Shown: positions 13,268-23,570, counted from the first letter of the stretch. The stretch: DNA of 64,000 bases from Minisyncoccota bacterium (GCA_035708305.1 DASSSU010000029.1:576-64575), one strand, 5' to 3'. The notes: generated by a model from the letters alone, not told the origin. Made by a program: numbers and translations.

Positions 13268-14683
13268 ATGAATACTGAATACAAAGTAACTGTCGGGCTG
13301 GAAGTGCACGCGGAGCTGAAGACAAAAACAAAAATGTTTTGTCGCTCTTTCAACGACCCCGAAGAAAAAAGACCGAACGTGAACGTCTGTCCCGTCTGTA
13401 TGGGGCATCCGGGAACGCTTCCGGTAATCAACAAAGAAGCCGTAAAGCATGTTTTGAAAGTGGGCAAGGCGCTTGGCGGAACCCTCGCGGACTTCACGGA
13501 GTTTGACCGGAAAAATTATTTCTACCCCGACATTCCGAAAGGATACCAGATCAGCCAGTATCAGTACCCGCTTGTTTCGGGCGGAAGTTTGGAAGGGGTG
13601 GAGATCACCCGCGTGCATCTTGAGGAAGATACGGGGACATCACTCCATGACCAGGGGGATTTTTCGCTGGTGAACTACAACCGTGCCGGGGTGCCGCTCA
13701 TGGAGCTGGTGACGGAGCCGGTGGTCAAAGACGCGGAGCACGCCGTTCGTTTCGGGCGGGAATTGCAGCTTCTGCTTCGTACGCTCGGTGTCTCGGAAGC
13801 AAACATGGAAAAGGGGCAGATGCGCGTGGAGGCGAACATTTCCGTGAGCAAAACCGATGCTTTTGGGACGAAAGTGGAGGTGAAAAACTTGAACTCGTTT
13901 CGGGCGGTGGAGCGAGCGATTTTGTACGAAACACAGCGGCAGATTGGCGTGCTTGAAGAAGGCGGAGAAGTGGTGCAGGAAACGCGCGGGTGGAACGAAA
14001 ACAAGAACGAAACATTTTCTCAGAGAAGCAAGGAGAACGCGAATGACTACCGGTATTTTCCCGATCCGGATTTGCCGAAACTCAAAATCAGCGAAGTGTC
14101 GGAATTTCAAAATCTCGAACTCCCGGAACTTCCGTGGGAAAAGCGCGCGCGATACCGCGAGGATTTTGGCTTAAAAGATGAAGACGTGGAAGTGTATCTG
14201 CGCAATCCTTCGTATGCGGATTTTTTTGAGGAAACCATCTCAACTTTTTCGGGCGATGCGGAGAAAACAAAGCTTGCTTCCAACTATCTCACTTCGGACG
14301 TTGCGGGTTTGGCAAAGAACATGCCGGATATTTCACCGTTCCAAAATCTGCAAGCCGCATCTTTTGCGGAGTTGATCGAAATGGCAAAAACGGGCGACGT
14401 TTCTTCCCGCGGTGCAAAGGATATTTTGAAAATTATGTTTTTGGAAGGCGGTAACGCGGCAAAAATTGCGGAAGAAAAAAATCTGCTTCAGCAAAGTGAC
14501 GAGGGTGAACTTTTGAAAATCGTAGAGCAGGTCATTGCGGAAAACGCGAGCGTGGCGGAAGAATATCGCGGCGGAAAAGAAACGTCCCTGAAATACCTCG
14601 TCGGGCAGGGTATGAAAGCGACAACGGGCAGTGCGAACCCGCAAACACTCGAGAAACTTTTGAAGAAAGTATTAGATCGGTAA
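13268..14683 (+). CDS. gatB: Asp-tRNA(Asn)/Glu-tRNA(Gln) amidotransferase subunit B
   Basis: Full-length GatB with a conserved N-terminus, and a YqeY-like C-terminal domain. Confidence 0.9.
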   Translation: MNTEYKVTVGLEVHAELKTKTKMFCRSFNDPEEKRPNVNVCPVCMGHPGTLPVINKEAVKHVLKVGKALGGTLADFTEFDRKNYFYPDIPKGYQISQYQYPLVSGGSLEGVEITRVHLEEDTGTSLHDQGDFSLVNYNRAGVPLMELVTEPVVKDAEHAVRFGRELQLLLRTLGVSEANMEKGQMRVEANISVSKTDAFGTKVEVKNLNSFRAVERAILYETQRQIGVLEEGGEVVQETRGWNENKNETFSQRSKENANDYRYFPDPDLPKLKISEVSEFQNLELPELPWEKRARYREDFGLKDEDVEVYLRNPSYADFFEETISTFSGDAEKTKLASNYLTSDVAGLAKNMPDISPFQNLQAASFAELIEMAKTGDVSSRGAKDILKIMFLEGGNAAKIAEEKNLLQQSDEGELLKIVEQVIAENASVAEEYRGGKETSLKYLVGQGMKATTGSANPQTLEKLLKKVLDR

Positions 14684-14775
14684 TTTCTTTCTTTCAATTC
14701 AAACCATGGAGAAGAATTTCGGACTCTTCGTTTGAAAAAATTCAAGATTTTGCACCTCCTGTGGAGAAAAGTGTT

Positions 14776-14801
14776 TTGACAGCGCTCAAAGTTGGTATAA
14801 T
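14776..14801 (+). promoter_or_regulatory. Candidate promoter for gap (TTGACA, short 14-nt spacer, extended -10 TGgTATAAT)
   Basis: Read from sequence, about 85 nt upstream of the gap ATG. Confidence 0.35.
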
Positions 14802-14890
14802 GAATTTAAGAGCTTTGCGGGCACAGAAAGCAGCTGTCTTTGCTGTTGTTCGCGATCCATTTTTATAAATTTTTTAAAAGTTTTTAGAAT

Positions 14891-15922
14891 ATGAAAATTG
14901 CTATTAACGGTTTGGGGAGAATCGGGCGCGCTTTTCTTAAAAATGCCATCACGCGCGACGGAGTGGAAATTTCTGCAGTGAATGATTTGGGGGACTTGGA
15001 AAACCTTGCGTATCTTTTGAAGTATGATACAGCCTACGGCGTCAGTGACTTTGATGTGCACGTGGAGGACGAAGGAGAGGTCAAGCATTTGGTGGTTGGT
15101 GGGCGAAAAATCCGTTTTCTTTCTGTGCGTGACCCGGAGGAGCTTCCGTGGCGTGATTTTGGTATTGATGTAGTTCTTGAATCAACCGGCTTCTTTACGC
15201 ACTATGAAGACGCGCAGAAGCATCTGAGAGCTGGAGCAAAGAAAGTGGTGATTTCCGCACCAGCAAAAGGCACGCCGGTGGATGGTGTAGAAGCTGGAAC
15301 GGTACTCATGGGAATCAACGAAGGCAAGCTCTCGGAATATCAGATTTCTTCCAACGCTTCATGCACGACCAACTCATCCAGCCCGCTGATTCAAATTCTT
15401 CATGAGGCAATCGGCATTGAAAAGGCGCTGCTCACAACCATCCACGGCTACACCGCAACGCAGAAGATTGTTGACGCGCCGGACAAGAAGGATTATCGTC
15501 GGGGCCGTGCAGCGGCGATGAATATCATACCGACATCTACCGGTGCCGCTGTTGCAGTGACTCAGGTGGTGACCGACTTGCAGGATAAATTTGATGGAAT
15601 TGCTATGCGAGTACCGGTGGTGGTGGGTTCGATTTCCGACATCACCTTTATTGCCAAACGCAACACGAGTGCAGAAGAAGTGAATGAGATATTTAGAAAA
15701 GCGGCCGGTGAAGATCGCTGGAAAAAAACCTTTGCGGTAACAGATGAGCCACTAGTTTCTTCGGATATCATTGGCAACACCCACGCTTCTATCGCCGACC
15801 TTGGTTTGACTCGTGTGGTGGACGGGAATCTGGTGAAAGTCTGCGCATGGTATGACAACGAGTGGGGGTATACCAACTCGCTGGTGGAGCATGTACTGAT
15901 TGCCGGAAGCCATCTTTCATAG
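14891..15922 (+). CDS. gap: Type I glyceraldehyde-3-phosphate dehydrogenase
   Basis: NGLGRIGR Rossmann motif and the catalytic SCTTN block. Confidence 0.9.
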   Translation: MKIAINGLGRIGRAFLKNAITRDGVEISAVNDLGDLENLAYLLKYDTAYGVSDFDVHVEDEGEVKHLVVGGRKIRFLSVRDPEELPWRDFGIDVVLESTGFFTHYEDAQKHLRAGAKKVVISAPAKGTPVDGVEAGTVLMGINEGKLSEYQISSNASCTTNSSSPLIQILHEAIGIEKALLTTIHGYTATQKIVDAPDKKDYRRGRAAAMNIIPTSTGAAVAVTQVVTDLQDKFDGIAMRVPVVVGSISDITFIAKRNTSAEEVNEIFRKAAGEDRWKKTFAVTDEPLVSSDIIGNTHASIADLGLTRVVDGNLVKVCAWYDNEWGYTNSLVEHVLIAGSHLS

Positions 15923-15980
15923 TTCTCAGAAATTTGCTTTCGGAGAGAAACGGAAACTTTTACTGGGCAGCATATTCACC

Positions 15981-16442
15981 ATGAAAATTTTTATTGCCAC
16001 TGACCATGCTGGGTTCGAAATGAAGGAAGAACTCGTGTCTTTCTTGCGAGCTTCCGGGCATGAAACGGAAGATTGCGGTGCATACGAGTACCATGAGACG
16101 GATGATTATCCGGACTTCATTTCTCAAGCGGCAAAAAAAGTTTCTGAAAATTCGAGTGACAAAAACATCCGCGGAATTATTCTTGGCGGCTCGGGTGAGG
16201 GGGAAGCGATGGTAGCCAACCGCTTTCCGCATGTGCGGGCAACCGCGTACTACGGCGGAAGCTTGGAGATTGTCAAGCTTTCGCGCGAGCACAACGACGC
16301 CAACATTCTTTCTCTTGGCGCGCGCTTTCTTTCCGCCGATGAAGCGAAAGAAGCGGTGTCGCTCTGGCTGGAAACGGATTTTTCCGACGAAGAAAGGCAC
16401 GTGCGGAGGATAGAGAAGATAGATCAGCTGAGAGTCTCGTAG
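15981..16442 (+). CDS. rpiB: Ribose-5-phosphate isomerase B (RpiB/LacAB family)
   Basis: MKIFIATDHAGFE... GILGGSGEGEAMVANR motifs. Confidence 0.8.
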   Translation: MKIFIATDHAGFEMKEELVSFLRASGHETEDCGAYEYHETDDYPDFISQAAKKVSENSSDKNIRGIILGGSGEGEAMVANRFPHVRATAYYGGSLEIVKLSREHNDANILSLGARFLSADEAKEAVSLWLETDFSDEERHVRRIEKIDQLRVS

Positions 16443-16576
16443 TTTTCTTTTTCCGAGAATTTGGCAAGGAATTCTTTTCAAAGTTGCCGGCTTCACAAGA
16501 AAAGAAATTTCTTTGTGCAAAGATTCTCAAATTTAAAAGAACTTTGCTTCCAGATTTTAGAGAATTTATAAAAATA

Positions 16577-17296
16577 ATGGATATCATCCCAGCCATCATT
16601 CCTGAAAGTTTTGAGGACCTCGCCGGAAAATTGCGGCAGGTCAAAGGTCTCACGAAAACCGTGCAGATCGATATCACGGATGGAAAATTTGTTCCAGACG
16701 CATGTTGGCCTTTTACGGACGCATTGGCGTGGAGTGAATTTGAGCGGGTGGTGGCCGGAGAAGAAGGATTGCCGTTCTGGGAGGATTTTGATTTTGAAGC
16801 AGATCTCATGATCGAATTTCCCGAGCGAAATCCAGATGCTTGGATTGCGGCAGGATTTTCGCGCGTTGTACTTCACGTGGAATCTACAAAAAACCTCGCC
16901 GCTGCTTTGGAGGTGCTGTACGGACGCGTCGAAATCGGTCTGGCGCTCAACATCGCCACATCGGAAACAGCACTTGAACCCTTCATGGAAAAAGCGGATT
17001 TCATCCAGTGCATGGGAATCGAAACCATCGGCTTTCAGGGGCAACCCTTTGATGAAAGAGTTATCCCCAAAATCAAAGCTTTCCGCAAGCGTTACCCGGG
17101 TGTTACAATCAGTGTTGATGGCGGAGTCAGCCTTGCAAGCATTTCCAAGCTTGAAGACGCGGGTGCTTCACGCTTTATTTCCGGATCGGCAGTTTTTGGA
17201 ACAGGGAACCCAGCAAAAGCAATACGAGAGCTCATGGCGGCGGGAGAGCACACCGAATCAGGTGAGAGAGAAACAAAAAATTCATCTCATCAATAG
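16577..17296 (+). CDS. rpe: Ribulose-phosphate 3-epimerase-like TIM-barrel protein
   Basis: IDITDGKFVP and a C-terminal VDGGVS...GSAVFG block resemble Rpe. Confidence 0.65.
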   Translation: MDIIPAIIPESFEDLAGKLRQVKGLTKTVQIDITDGKFVPDACWPFTDALAWSEFERVVAGEEGLPFWEDFDFEADLMIEFPERNPDAWIAAGFSRVVLHVESTKNLAAALEVLYGRVEIGLALNIATSETALEPFMEKADFIQCMGIETIGFQGQPFDERVIPKIKAFRKRYPGVTISVDGGVSLASISKLEDAGASRFISGSAVFGTGNPAKAIRELMAAGEHTESGERETKNSSHQ

Positions 17297-17329
17297 TTTC
17301 AAACTTTCTCTTTAATATATTTTGATAGT

Positions 17330-18190
17330 ATGTCTTATCTTCACGACGAAAAACTCCTCGAACTTGAAGAAAAAGCGAATCTTCTTCGTCAGTCTGTGAT
17401 AGAAACCCTCCTTGAAGCCGGTTCGGGACACACGGCCGGGCCGCTTGGCATGGCGGATATTTTCACCGCTTTTTATTTCCATATTCTGAACCATGATCCG
17501 AAAAACCCCGACTGGGAAGACCGCGATCGTCTGATTCTCTCAAACGGACACATTGTTCCAATTCGCTATGTTGCTATGGCACACGCCGGGTATTTTCCCC
17601 TGGAAGAACTCAAAACATTGCGTAAATTTGGAAGTCGTTTGCAGGGTCATCCAGAACGTACACGACTTCCCGGACTTGAGACCACGTCCGGTCCACTTGG
17701 GTCGGGACTTTCGCAGGCGGCCGGGATTGCCTACGGCGCACGGATGGATGGGAAAAAGTTCCGTACGTATTGTCTTATGTCTGACGGCGAGTGCGACGCG
17801 GGAAATATTTGGGAAGGCGCTATGTTTGCGGCTGCCAACAATCTTTCCAACCTTACGGCCGTGATCGACCGCAACAACATTCAGATCAATGGAATGACTG
17901 AAGATGTTATGCCGCTTGATTCACTCCGGGAGAAGTATGAAGCATTTGGCTGGCATGTGATTGAGGTGGACGGACACAACATTGAGGTGTTTGTAGATGC
18001 GGTGGACGAAGCAAAGGCGATTTACGAAAAGCCGACGATGATTATTGCGCACACGATCCCCGGCAAAGGTATCAAAGAAATTGAGTTTGATTATGAGTGG
18101 CACGGAAAGCCACCGACGGAAGCAGAAGCGAAAAAATTTTTGGCAGAGCTGCGCACGCTCGGGGGGAAAATAATGAGTGAGCATGAGTAA
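17330..18190 (+). CDS. Transketolase, N-terminal (TPP-binding) subunit
   Basis: GHTAGPLGMAD and GDG...N TPP-binding motifs; the split tkt arrangement continues in the next ORF. Confidence 0.85.
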   Translation: MSYLHDEKLLELEEKANLLRQSVIETLLEAGSGHTAGPLGMADIFTAFYFHILNHDPKNPDWEDRDRLILSNGHIVPIRYVAMAHAGYFPLEELKTLRKFGSRLQGHPERTRLPGLETTSGPLGSGLSQAAGIAYGARMDGKKFRTYCLMSDGECDAGNIWEGAMFAAANNLSNLTAVIDRNNIQINGMTEDVMPLDSLREKYEAFGWHVIEVDGHNIEVFVDAVDEAKAIYEKPTMIIAHTIPGKGIKEIEFDYEWHGKPPTEAEAKKFLAELRTLGGKIMSEHE

Positions 18191-19187
18191 TATGATAAAA
18201 GAAGAGCAACATCTGGCGGAAAATATTTTTGATACGGATGCACTTCCGAAAGGTCCAACACGTGATGGTTTTGGAAAAGGGCTCGTTGAGGCAGCGGAAA
18301 AAGACGAGCGTGTGGTAGCCTTGTGTGCCGATCTGGCCGAGTCCACGCGTACGCTTTGGTTTAAAGAAAAGTTTCCCGAGCGGTATATTGAAATTGGTGT
18401 CGCAGAGCAGAACCTTGCTACCGTGGCTTCCGGTTTGGCGAATTACGGAAAAATCCCGTTCATCACTTCTTATGCGGCGTTCAGTCCGGGAAGAAACAAT
18501 GAGCAAATCCGCACAACGATTTCACTCAACAACGTTCCGGTGATTATTGCCGGAGCGCACGCGGGAGTGTCTGTTGGTCCCGACGGCGCGACCCATCAGC
18601 AGCTGGAAGACATTGCTCTCATGCGCGTACAGCCAAACATGACTGTGGTAGTCCCGGCGGACGTTGAAGAGGCACGCAAGGCAACTATCGCCGCCGCTTC
18701 CTATGGCAAACCGATTTATCTTCGTTTTGCGCGTTCCGGGACGCCTATTTTTACGACTCCCGAAACTCCATTTGAGATCGGAAAGGCAAATATCCTGTGG
18801 GATGATGACCGACCGGAAGCTGCTTTGGTTGCCGTGGGCCCCCTGGTTCACCATGCTCTTTTGGCAGCAAAGGAACTTGAAGCGGAGGGGATCCGGGTGA
18901 TGGTTGTGAACAACCACACCGTGAAACCAATGGACGAAAGGTGTATGATAGAAGCAGCCAAAAAGGCCGGCGCGGTGGTTCCAATTGAGGAACACCAAGT
19001 TTCTGGTGGCATGGGGTCCGCAGTTGCGGAAATTTTGTCCCAAAATTATCCCGTCCCAATGCAGTTTGTAGGTGTGCATGACGCATTTGGGCAGTCCGGC
19101 GAGCCGGATCAGCTTTTGGAATATTACGGAATGGGAGTAGGGTCAATTAAGGACGCCGTACGGCAGGTTATTGCCAGGAAAAAATAG
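18177..19187 (+). CDS. Transketolase, C-terminal (pyrimidine-binding) subunit
   Basis: Pyr and C-terminal domains, overlapping the N-terminal subunit gene by 14 nt. Confidence 0.85.
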   Translation: MSMSNMIKEEQHLAENIFDTDALPKGPTRDGFGKGLVEAAEKDERVVALCADLAESTRTLWFKEKFPERYIEIGVAEQNLATVASGLANYGKIPFITSYAAFSPGRNNEQIRTTISLNNVPVIIAGAHAGVSVGPDGATHQQLEDIALMRVQPNMTVVVPADVEEARKATIAAASYGKPIYLRFARSGTPIFTTPETPFEIGKANILWDDDRPEAALVAVGPLVHHALLAAKELEAEGIRVMVVNNHTVKPMDERCMIEAAKKAGAVVPIEEHQVSGGMGSAVAEILSQNYPVPMQFVGVHDAFGQSGEPDQLLEYYGMGVGSIKDAVRQVIARKK

Positions 19188-19204
19188 TTTTAATTTTCAC
19201 CGTC

Positions 19205-20011
19205 ATGATTTCTTTTTTCAAGGTTCATCGCAGGAAATCCCTTCTGTACCTCGGAGCGCTCGTACTTCTCGCCGCTTTTATATTTTCCATTTTCTTTCTC
19301 ACGGCTTCTTTAAACCGCGCTGATGCTGCTTCTACCGGAGCTGCCATTGTATCCGCTTCACCCTGTCATGCTTTCACTTCTTCCAATTTTCCTTTGAATC
19401 AGCCGGGATATGAAAATTTTGGTGTTCCATATGACGTAACCACATCGTCCAACTCTTTGCTCATTTCCATTTTGTGCTATAGCGATCAGTACTACATGAA
19501 TGTTGGGTTTGGTAACACCCAAAATTACATTTGGAAGCAGGCGTACATCACCACTCCTTCCGCTGGGTATGCCGCGTATCAAAGCGCCGTGAGTCACGGC
19601 AATGATGCCTGGTGTGCCTCTACCACTACTAAAAACAGCGATGGAACATATCTGCAAAAATGCACGAAAAATGGCGCATCCTTCACCCTCTCCTGTCCGT
19701 ATGAGATGAGTCCCAGTGAAAACTATGTCGGAGAAGGGGCGGTGGGATTTCAAGACAGCTGTGTGTACCAAGGCAGTAAGCTCGAGTGGAAGCCAGTGAC
19801 ACTTCAGGGTCCAAATTCCAACCAAGGATGGTTCATTGGCAACGCGTACGCGCAAATCACCAAAGACAGCAGTTACCCTGCCACTGATCCCACATATTTC
19901 TTGGCATATACTTGCAGCTGGACTGGACAGTGGAAGTGCGGGTGCCGAACTGCATCGACCTGTACTGCAGAGGGGCAATGGCAGCTTCAGGAAGTTCCTC
20001 CTGAAAAGTAA
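19205..20011 (+). CDS. Signal-anchored, Cys-rich (~15 Cys) secreted protein, hypothetical
   Basis: N-terminal TM helix, then a Ser/Thr/Cys/Trp-rich ectodomain; no family recognised. Confidence 0.5.
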   Translation: MISFFKVHRRKSLLYLGALVLLAAFIFSIFFLTASLNRADAASTGAAIVSASPCHAFTSSNFPLNQPGYENFGVPYDVTTSSNSLLISILCYSDQYYMNVGFGNTQNYIWKQAYITTPSAGYAAYQSAVSHGNDAWCASTTTKNSDGTYLQKCTKNGASFTLSCPYEMSPSENYVGEGAVGFQDSCVYQGSKLEWKPVTLQGPNSNQGWFIGNAYAQITKDSSYPATDPTYFLAYTCSWTGQWKCGCRTASTCTAEGQWQLQEVPPEK

Positions 20012-20022
20012 AGCATGATCCC

Positions 20023-20733
20023 ATGACCAATGAAATCCGCACTGTCCTTATAAAACTTTCAGGAGAAGCACTTGCTCGTGATGGAGAAAAATATTCCACT
20101 CAGGTTCTGGAGAGCATCGCTTCACAGATCTCCAAGCTTTTGGAAAAAAATTTAAAGATTGCTCTTGTGTGCGGTGGTGGAAATCTGTTTCGGGGAAGGG
20201 ATCTGGTAGATTCACATCTTGCTATCTCACGCGCAACAGCAGACTACATTGGCATGCTCGCTACGCTTCAGAACGCCCTCGTGCTTCGTGATGATTTTGA
20301 AAGTAAAGGAATCCCTACACGAGTTCTTTCGGCCATCAGCGTTCCTCAGCTTTGTGAGCCGTATATTCCAAACCGAGGGAAACGGCACATGGAAAAAGGG
20401 CGTGTGGTTATTTTTGCAGCAGGATTGGGCGTTCCTTTCTTTACTACTGATACTACAGCGGTAGAACGATCGCTTGAGATCGGCGCAGATCTTCTGGTTT
20501 TGGCCAAGCACGGCGTAAACGGACTCTACACGGCGGATCCCAAGCACGATCCCTCTGCAGAAAAGATTCACCAAACAAGCTGTACAGAAATTCTTGAGAA
20601 AAACTTCAAAGTGGCAGATGGTTCGGCTATTGCTCTGGCAAAGGACAACAACCTTCCCATGAAAATCGTTGCCGTGGAAGATATTGAAAACATTTTGGAT
20701 GAAAACACCGGATCGTATGTTGAACCGCACTAA
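20023..20733 (+). CDS. pyrH: UMP kinase
   Basis: LIKLSGEAL ... CGGGN motif. Confidence 0.9.
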   Translation: MTNEIRTVLIKLSGEALARDGEKYSTQVLESIASQISKLLEKNLKIALVCGGGNLFRGRDLVDSHLAISRATADYIGMLATLQNALVLRDDFESKGIPTRVLSAISVPQLCEPYIPNRGKRHMEKGRVVIFAAGLGVPFFTTDTTAVERSLEIGADLLVLAKHGVNGLYTADPKHDPSAEKIHQTSCTEILEKNFKVADGSAIALAKDNNLPMKIVAVEDIENILDENTGSYVEPH

Positions 20734-22798
20734 TCTTAAAACACTGACAGAAAACAATCTCTTTCCATCCAAAGCGCCCAAAATCCCTTCCTCGCTTCAG
20801 GTGCACGGAATAGATCTTCCAGATGATTACGCTTGGCTTCGGGACAGAGACAATCCGGAAGTGAAACGGTACCTGGAGGAGGAAAATTCCTACACGGAAA
20901 AAATGATGCAGAGCAAGGAGCATCTTCAGGAAATGCTCTTTCGGGAGATGAAAGCCCGGATCAAGGAAAACGACCAGTCTGTTCCGGTACAAATAGACAA
21001 TTATTTTTATTATTTTCGCACGGAAAAAGAAAAGCAATACGCTTTTTTCTGTCGCAAGAAAGATTCTCTTCAGTCGGAAGAAGAAATCATCCTTGACGAA
21101 AACCAGGAAGCGGAAGGGCATGAGTTTTTTGGCCTTGGGTTTTTTGAAGTGAGTCCCGATCACAAAAAGCTTGCATACTCTTTCAGTCTCGACGGTTCGG
21201 ACCAGTATACGGCGGTGGTGAAAAACCTCGAGTCAGGGGAACTCTATCCGGAAAAAATAGAAAACGTAAGCACTTCGCTTGAGTGGAACAACGATTCCAA
21301 ACAGTTTTTTTATACCACGCTGGACGAGACACTGCGCCCGAACCAAGTTTTCCGTCATGCACTTGGAGAATCACCCGATCAAGATGTGCTCATTTACCAA
21401 GAGCCGGATGAGAAATTTTCGGTTGGTGTATCCAAAACCCGCAGCAAAAAATATATTTTTATTGACATCGGAAGCAAAATGACCACGGAAGTGCGGTATT
21501 TTGATGCTTCAAGTGACGGTTCTGGTGCTGCGATTTTTCATCCACGCGAGTCCAGCCATGAGTACTTCATCGACCATCGCGGTGAAGACTTCTACATTTT
21601 GACCAACGATCAAGCCGAGAACTTTCGCCTGATGAAAACGCCGGTGTCTCAGACCGGCAAAGAACACTGGCAGGAAATCATCCCGCACCGCGAGGAAGTG
21701 AAGCTTTCGGGGATGGATCTTTTCTCTCGCCACATGGTGGTGTACGAACTCAGAGAAGGGGTGGAGAGTCTGAAGGTGCGGAATTTGGAAACCGACGAAA
21801 TACACGTGATTGATTTTCCTGAAGAAGTGTATTCCGCGGGAGGTTCCGCAAACCCCAACTTCGATACCAACATTTTCCGTTTTTCGTACACGTCTTTTAT
21901 CACGCCGGCTTCTGTTTTTTCCTACAACATGGATACGCGGGAAAGGGAGCTTCTGAAAGAGGATGAAGTTTTGGGAGGGTACGATGCGAACGAATACGCG
22001 TCGGAGAGAATCTACGCTGATGCATCGGACGGTACCCGGATCCCAATTTCTGTGGTGTACAGGAAAAGCCTGAAGGCAAACGGCACCAATCCGCTTTGGC
22101 TTACGGGTTACGGTGCCTATGGCATTATGATCCGGCCGGGGTTTAGTAAAACGAGACTCTCGCTCCTTGATCGTGGATATATTTTTGCGGTGGCACATGT
22201 GCGCGGCGGAGGAGAAGGAGGCGAGCCATGGCGCAACGGCGGCAAGTTTCTGAAAAAGAAAAACACGTTTACGGATTTCATTGCTTGTGCGGAAAAGATC
22301 CTTGAGAGCGGCTACACGACGCGCGAAAAACTGCTCATTTCCGGAGGGAGTGCTGGGGGCCTTTTGATCGGTGCCGTGCTCAACATGCGCCCGGATCTTT
22401 TCGGGGCGGCGATCGCGGACGTTCCGTTTGTTGACGCGCTTCGAACCATGCTCGACCCCACGCTCCCACTTACCGTGGGCGAGTACGAGGAGTGGGGAAA
22501 TCCCCAAGAGAAAGAATATTTTGATGCGATCCGTGAGTATGCGCCGTATGAAAATGTTCGGGTGCAGGATTACCCGGCGATACTCGTGCAGACCGGCTTG
22601 AATGACACGCGAGTTGGCTACTGGGAACCGGCGAAGTGGGTAGCGAAACTCCGCGAGATGAAGACAGATAAAAATCCGCTTCTTTTCAAAATACAAATGG
22701 GTGCAGGACATTCCGGCGCCTCAGGACGCTACGATGCTCTCAAAGAAATTGCTTTCGAGTACGCATTTGCACTCAGCATCTTTGGTGTTGAAAAATAG
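20717..22798 (+). CDS. S9A serine peptidase (oligopeptidase B / prolyl oligopeptidase family)
   Basis: The N-terminal beta-propeller region begins DDYAWLRDRDNPEV. The catalytic domain carries GGSAGGLL and a C-terminal His. The start is ambiguous (20669, 20699 or 20717) and overlaps the pyrH end. Confidence 0.8.
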   Translation: MLNRTNLKTLTENNLFPSKAPKIPSSLQVHGIDLPDDYAWLRDRDNPEVKRYLEEENSYTEKMMQSKEHLQEMLFREMKARIKENDQSVPVQIDNYFYYFRTEKEKQYAFFCRKKDSLQSEEEIILDENQEAEGHEFFGLGFFEVSPDHKKLAYSFSLDGSDQYTAVVKNLESGELYPEKIENVSTSLEWNNDSKQFFYTTLDETLRPNQVFRHALGESPDQDVLIYQEPDEKFSVGVSKTRSKKYIFIDIGSKMTTEVRYFDASSDGSGAAIFHPRESSHEYFIDHRGEDFYILTNDQAENFRLMKTPVSQTGKEHWQEIIPHREEVKLSGMDLFSRHMVVYELREGVESLKVRNLETDEIHVIDFPEEVYSAGGSANPNFDTNIFRFSYTSFITPASVFSYNMDTRERELLKEDEVLGGYDANEYASERIYADASDGTRIPISVVYRKSLKANGTNPLWLTGYGAYGIMIRPGFSKTRLSLLDRGYIFAVAHVRGGGEGGEPWRNGGKFLKKKNTFTDFIACAEKILESGYTTREKLLISGGSAGGLLIGAVLNMRPDLFGAAIADVPFVDALRTMLDPTLPLTVGEYEEWGNPQEKEYFDAIREYAPYENVRVQDYPAILVQTGLNDTRVGYWEPAKWVAKLREMKTDKNPLLFKIQMGAGHSGASGRYDALKEIAFEYAFALSIFGVEK

Positions 22799-22826
22799 AA
22801 TGAGAAGCTTTTCTTTTCATGTTTGA

Positions 22827-22896
22827 GAAAGCCTTCGGAGTCATTCTTTTCTCGTGAAGTCCACAAACTTCGAAAAGAATGACTCCGAAGGCTTTC
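22827..22896 (+). repeat. Family-B palindromic element copy 1 (25-bp perfect inverted repeat around the conserved loop cgtgaagtccacaaacttcg)
   Basis: Arms gaaagccttcggagtcattcttttc and gaaaagaatgactccgaaggctttc, lying between the peptidase stop and tsaC. Confidence 0.7.
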
Positions 22897-22925
22897 TTGG
22901 ATAAAACGCTGATAAAAATAAAAAC

Positions 22926-23495
22926 ATGGAACAGGATAATTTTCAGGAAATCTTAAAGAAAGGCGGTATTGGTGTGCTGCCGACCGATACGCTGTATGGT
23001 CTGGTGGGAAGTGCGTTTTTACCGGAAGCGGTGGAACGAATTTATGAAGCTAAAAGGCGAGACAAGTCAAAGCCTTTGATTGTGCTTCTTTCAAATACTC
23101 AAGACTTGGAGTGGTTTGGTGCGGATGTTTCTTCTTTTTGGAAAGAACACGAAAAGCGGCTTGCGGAAATTTGGCCGGGGAAAGTGAGCGTGCTTTTTCC
23201 GTGCAATGATGAAGTATTCTCGTATTTGCACCGAGAGACAAAAGAAATTGCATTCCGTCTGCCGGACGTGGAATTTCTTCGCGGGCTGCTCGCGGGAACC
23301 GGCCCACTTGTTGCCCCATCGGCCAACCCGGAAGGGCTTCCGCCGGCAAAAAACATCGCAGAAGCAAAAGAATATTTTGGCGACAGGGTAGATTTTTACG
23401 AAGATGGCGGAGAGATGGTGTCGGACCCCTCAACACTCATCCGTTTCGAAGGCGGGGAAGTGAAGGTGCTCCGTGAAGGCGCGGTAAAGTTCTGA
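22926..23495 (+). CDS. tsaC: L-threonylcarbamoyladenylate synthase (TsaC/YrdC family)
   Basis: GVLPTDTLYGL motif; single-domain YrdC of about 189 aa. Confidence 0.8.
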   Translation: MEQDNFQEILKKGGIGVLPTDTLYGLVGSAFLPEAVERIYEAKRRDKSKPLIVLLSNTQDLEWFGADVSSFWKEHEKRLAEIWPGKVSVLFPCNDEVFSYLHRETKEIAFRLPDVEFLRGLLAGTGPLVAPSANPEGLPPAKNIAEAKEYFGDRVDFYEDGGEMVSDPSTLIRFEGGEVKVLREGAVKF

Positions 23496-23502
23496 TTCAT
23501 CA

Positions 23503-23570
23503 AAAATCTCTCCGGTTGCCCTTTTTTCGTGAAGCCCACAAACTTCAAAAAGGACAACCAGAGAGATTTT
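23503..23570 (+). repeat. Family-B palindromic element copy 2 (imperfect ~24-bp inverted repeat around cgtgaagcccacaaacttca)
   Basis: Arms aaaatctctccggttgccctttttt and aaaaaggacaaccagagagatttt, with G-U-compatible mismatches; it starts 8 nt after the tsaC stop. Confidence 0.65.

Noticed and set aside
21509-22711. 400-aa ORF antisense to the S9 peptidase
   Set aside because: It is antisense to a conserved gene and Arg-rich, with no motif.
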